A model generated the notes under the pieces. It ran no database searches and was not told the DNA's origin. It was given only the letters and a program-made list of their open reading frames with translations. The position numbers and the translations under genes are program-made. Of a DNA stretch of 36,816 bases, positions 36,439 through 36,816 are shown piece by piece. The stretch's first letter is position 1. Every line of letters begins with the position of its first letter. The stretch is from a virus (lineage: Duplodnaviria > Heunggongvirae > Uroviricota > Caudoviricetes). The stretch covers positions 1 to 36,816 of the IMG/VR virus record IMGVR_UViG_2563366829_000018, one strand, 5' to 3'.

Positions 36439-36816
36439 ACCGCCCCGGGAATCCTGGAGACTAAACTTCCTGAGAAAGAGGTAAACAGGATGACTAAAAA
36501 TACTCGTTTTTCCCCCGAAGTCCGTCAACGGGCAGTCCGTATGGTTCTGGAAAGTCAGGGCGAATATGACTCACAATGGGCGACAATTTGTTCCATTGCT
36601 CCAAAGATTGGCTGTACGCCGGAGACTCTGCGTGTCTGGGTTCGCCAGCATGAGCGGGATACCGGGGGCGGTGATGGAGGGCTCACCACCGCTGAACGTC
36701 AGCGTCTGAAAGAGCTGGAACGTGAAAATCGTGAACTGCGCCGCAGTAACGATATCCTTCGCCAGGCTTCCGCTTATTTTGCGAAGGCGGAGTTCGACCG
36801 CCTCTGGAAAAAATGA
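36436..36816 (+). mobile_element. IS3-family insertion sequence (IS629/IS1203-like), left end and orfA; continues past the window
   Basis: Terminal repeat TGAACCGCCCCGGGAATCCTGGAGACT followed by orfA. Confidence 0.8.
36490..36816 (+). CDS. IS3-family transposase OrfA (HTH and leucine zipper)
   Basis: [41 protein letters not shown] matches IS629/IS1203 OrfA as I recall it. Confidence 0.85.
   Translation: MTKNTRFSPEVRQRAVRMVLESQGEYDSQWATICSIAPKIGCTPETLRVWVRQHERDTGGGDGGLTTAERQRLKELERENRELRRSNDILRQASAYFAKAEFDRLWKK

Noticed and set aside
1-36816. CRISPR array or rRNA genes
   Set aside because: No regularly spaced direct repeats of CRISPR type and no rRNA-like sequence found

Overview
This window is almost entirely one lambdoid (lambda-like, siphovirus-type) prophage of an enterobacterial host, read here mostly on the minus strand. 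Gene order follows the lambda map in reverse: the N-terminal part of tail-tip gene J runs off the left edge, followed by the tail genes I-K-L-M-H-T/G-V-U-Z, the head genes (FII-like, DUF2190, a fused ClpP-protease/major-capsid protein, portal, W), terminase large and small subunits, a cos-like site, the lysis cassette (Rz/Rz1, SAR endolysin, a DUF1327 gene, S21-type pinholin), three tRNAs, an AT-rich cargo region (AraC-family regulator, small ORF, 205-aa unknown protein) and antiterminator Q. Upstream of Q lie nin-region genes (DUF968, KilA-N, RusA, LexA-like, Dam methyltransferase, PerC-like), an O-like replication initiator with internal iterons, a Rha-like protein, a CII-like protein, cro, the operator region and a leaderless cI on the plus strand. 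Right of cI are a ~650-bp ORF-free leader, an early-left operon (yfdP/Q/R/S-like, Ea22-like, a putative PD-(D/E)xK nuclease, small ORFs), xis and int, then a truncated host gene cut by an IS629-type IS3-family element. All calls rest on reading the supplied translations and the DNA by eye; no database search was run. The most interesting unexplained features are an apparent promoter-to-terminator small-RNA cassette between I and J, the cargo genes between Q and the tRNAs, and the ORF-free leader where rexAB/N sit in lambda.
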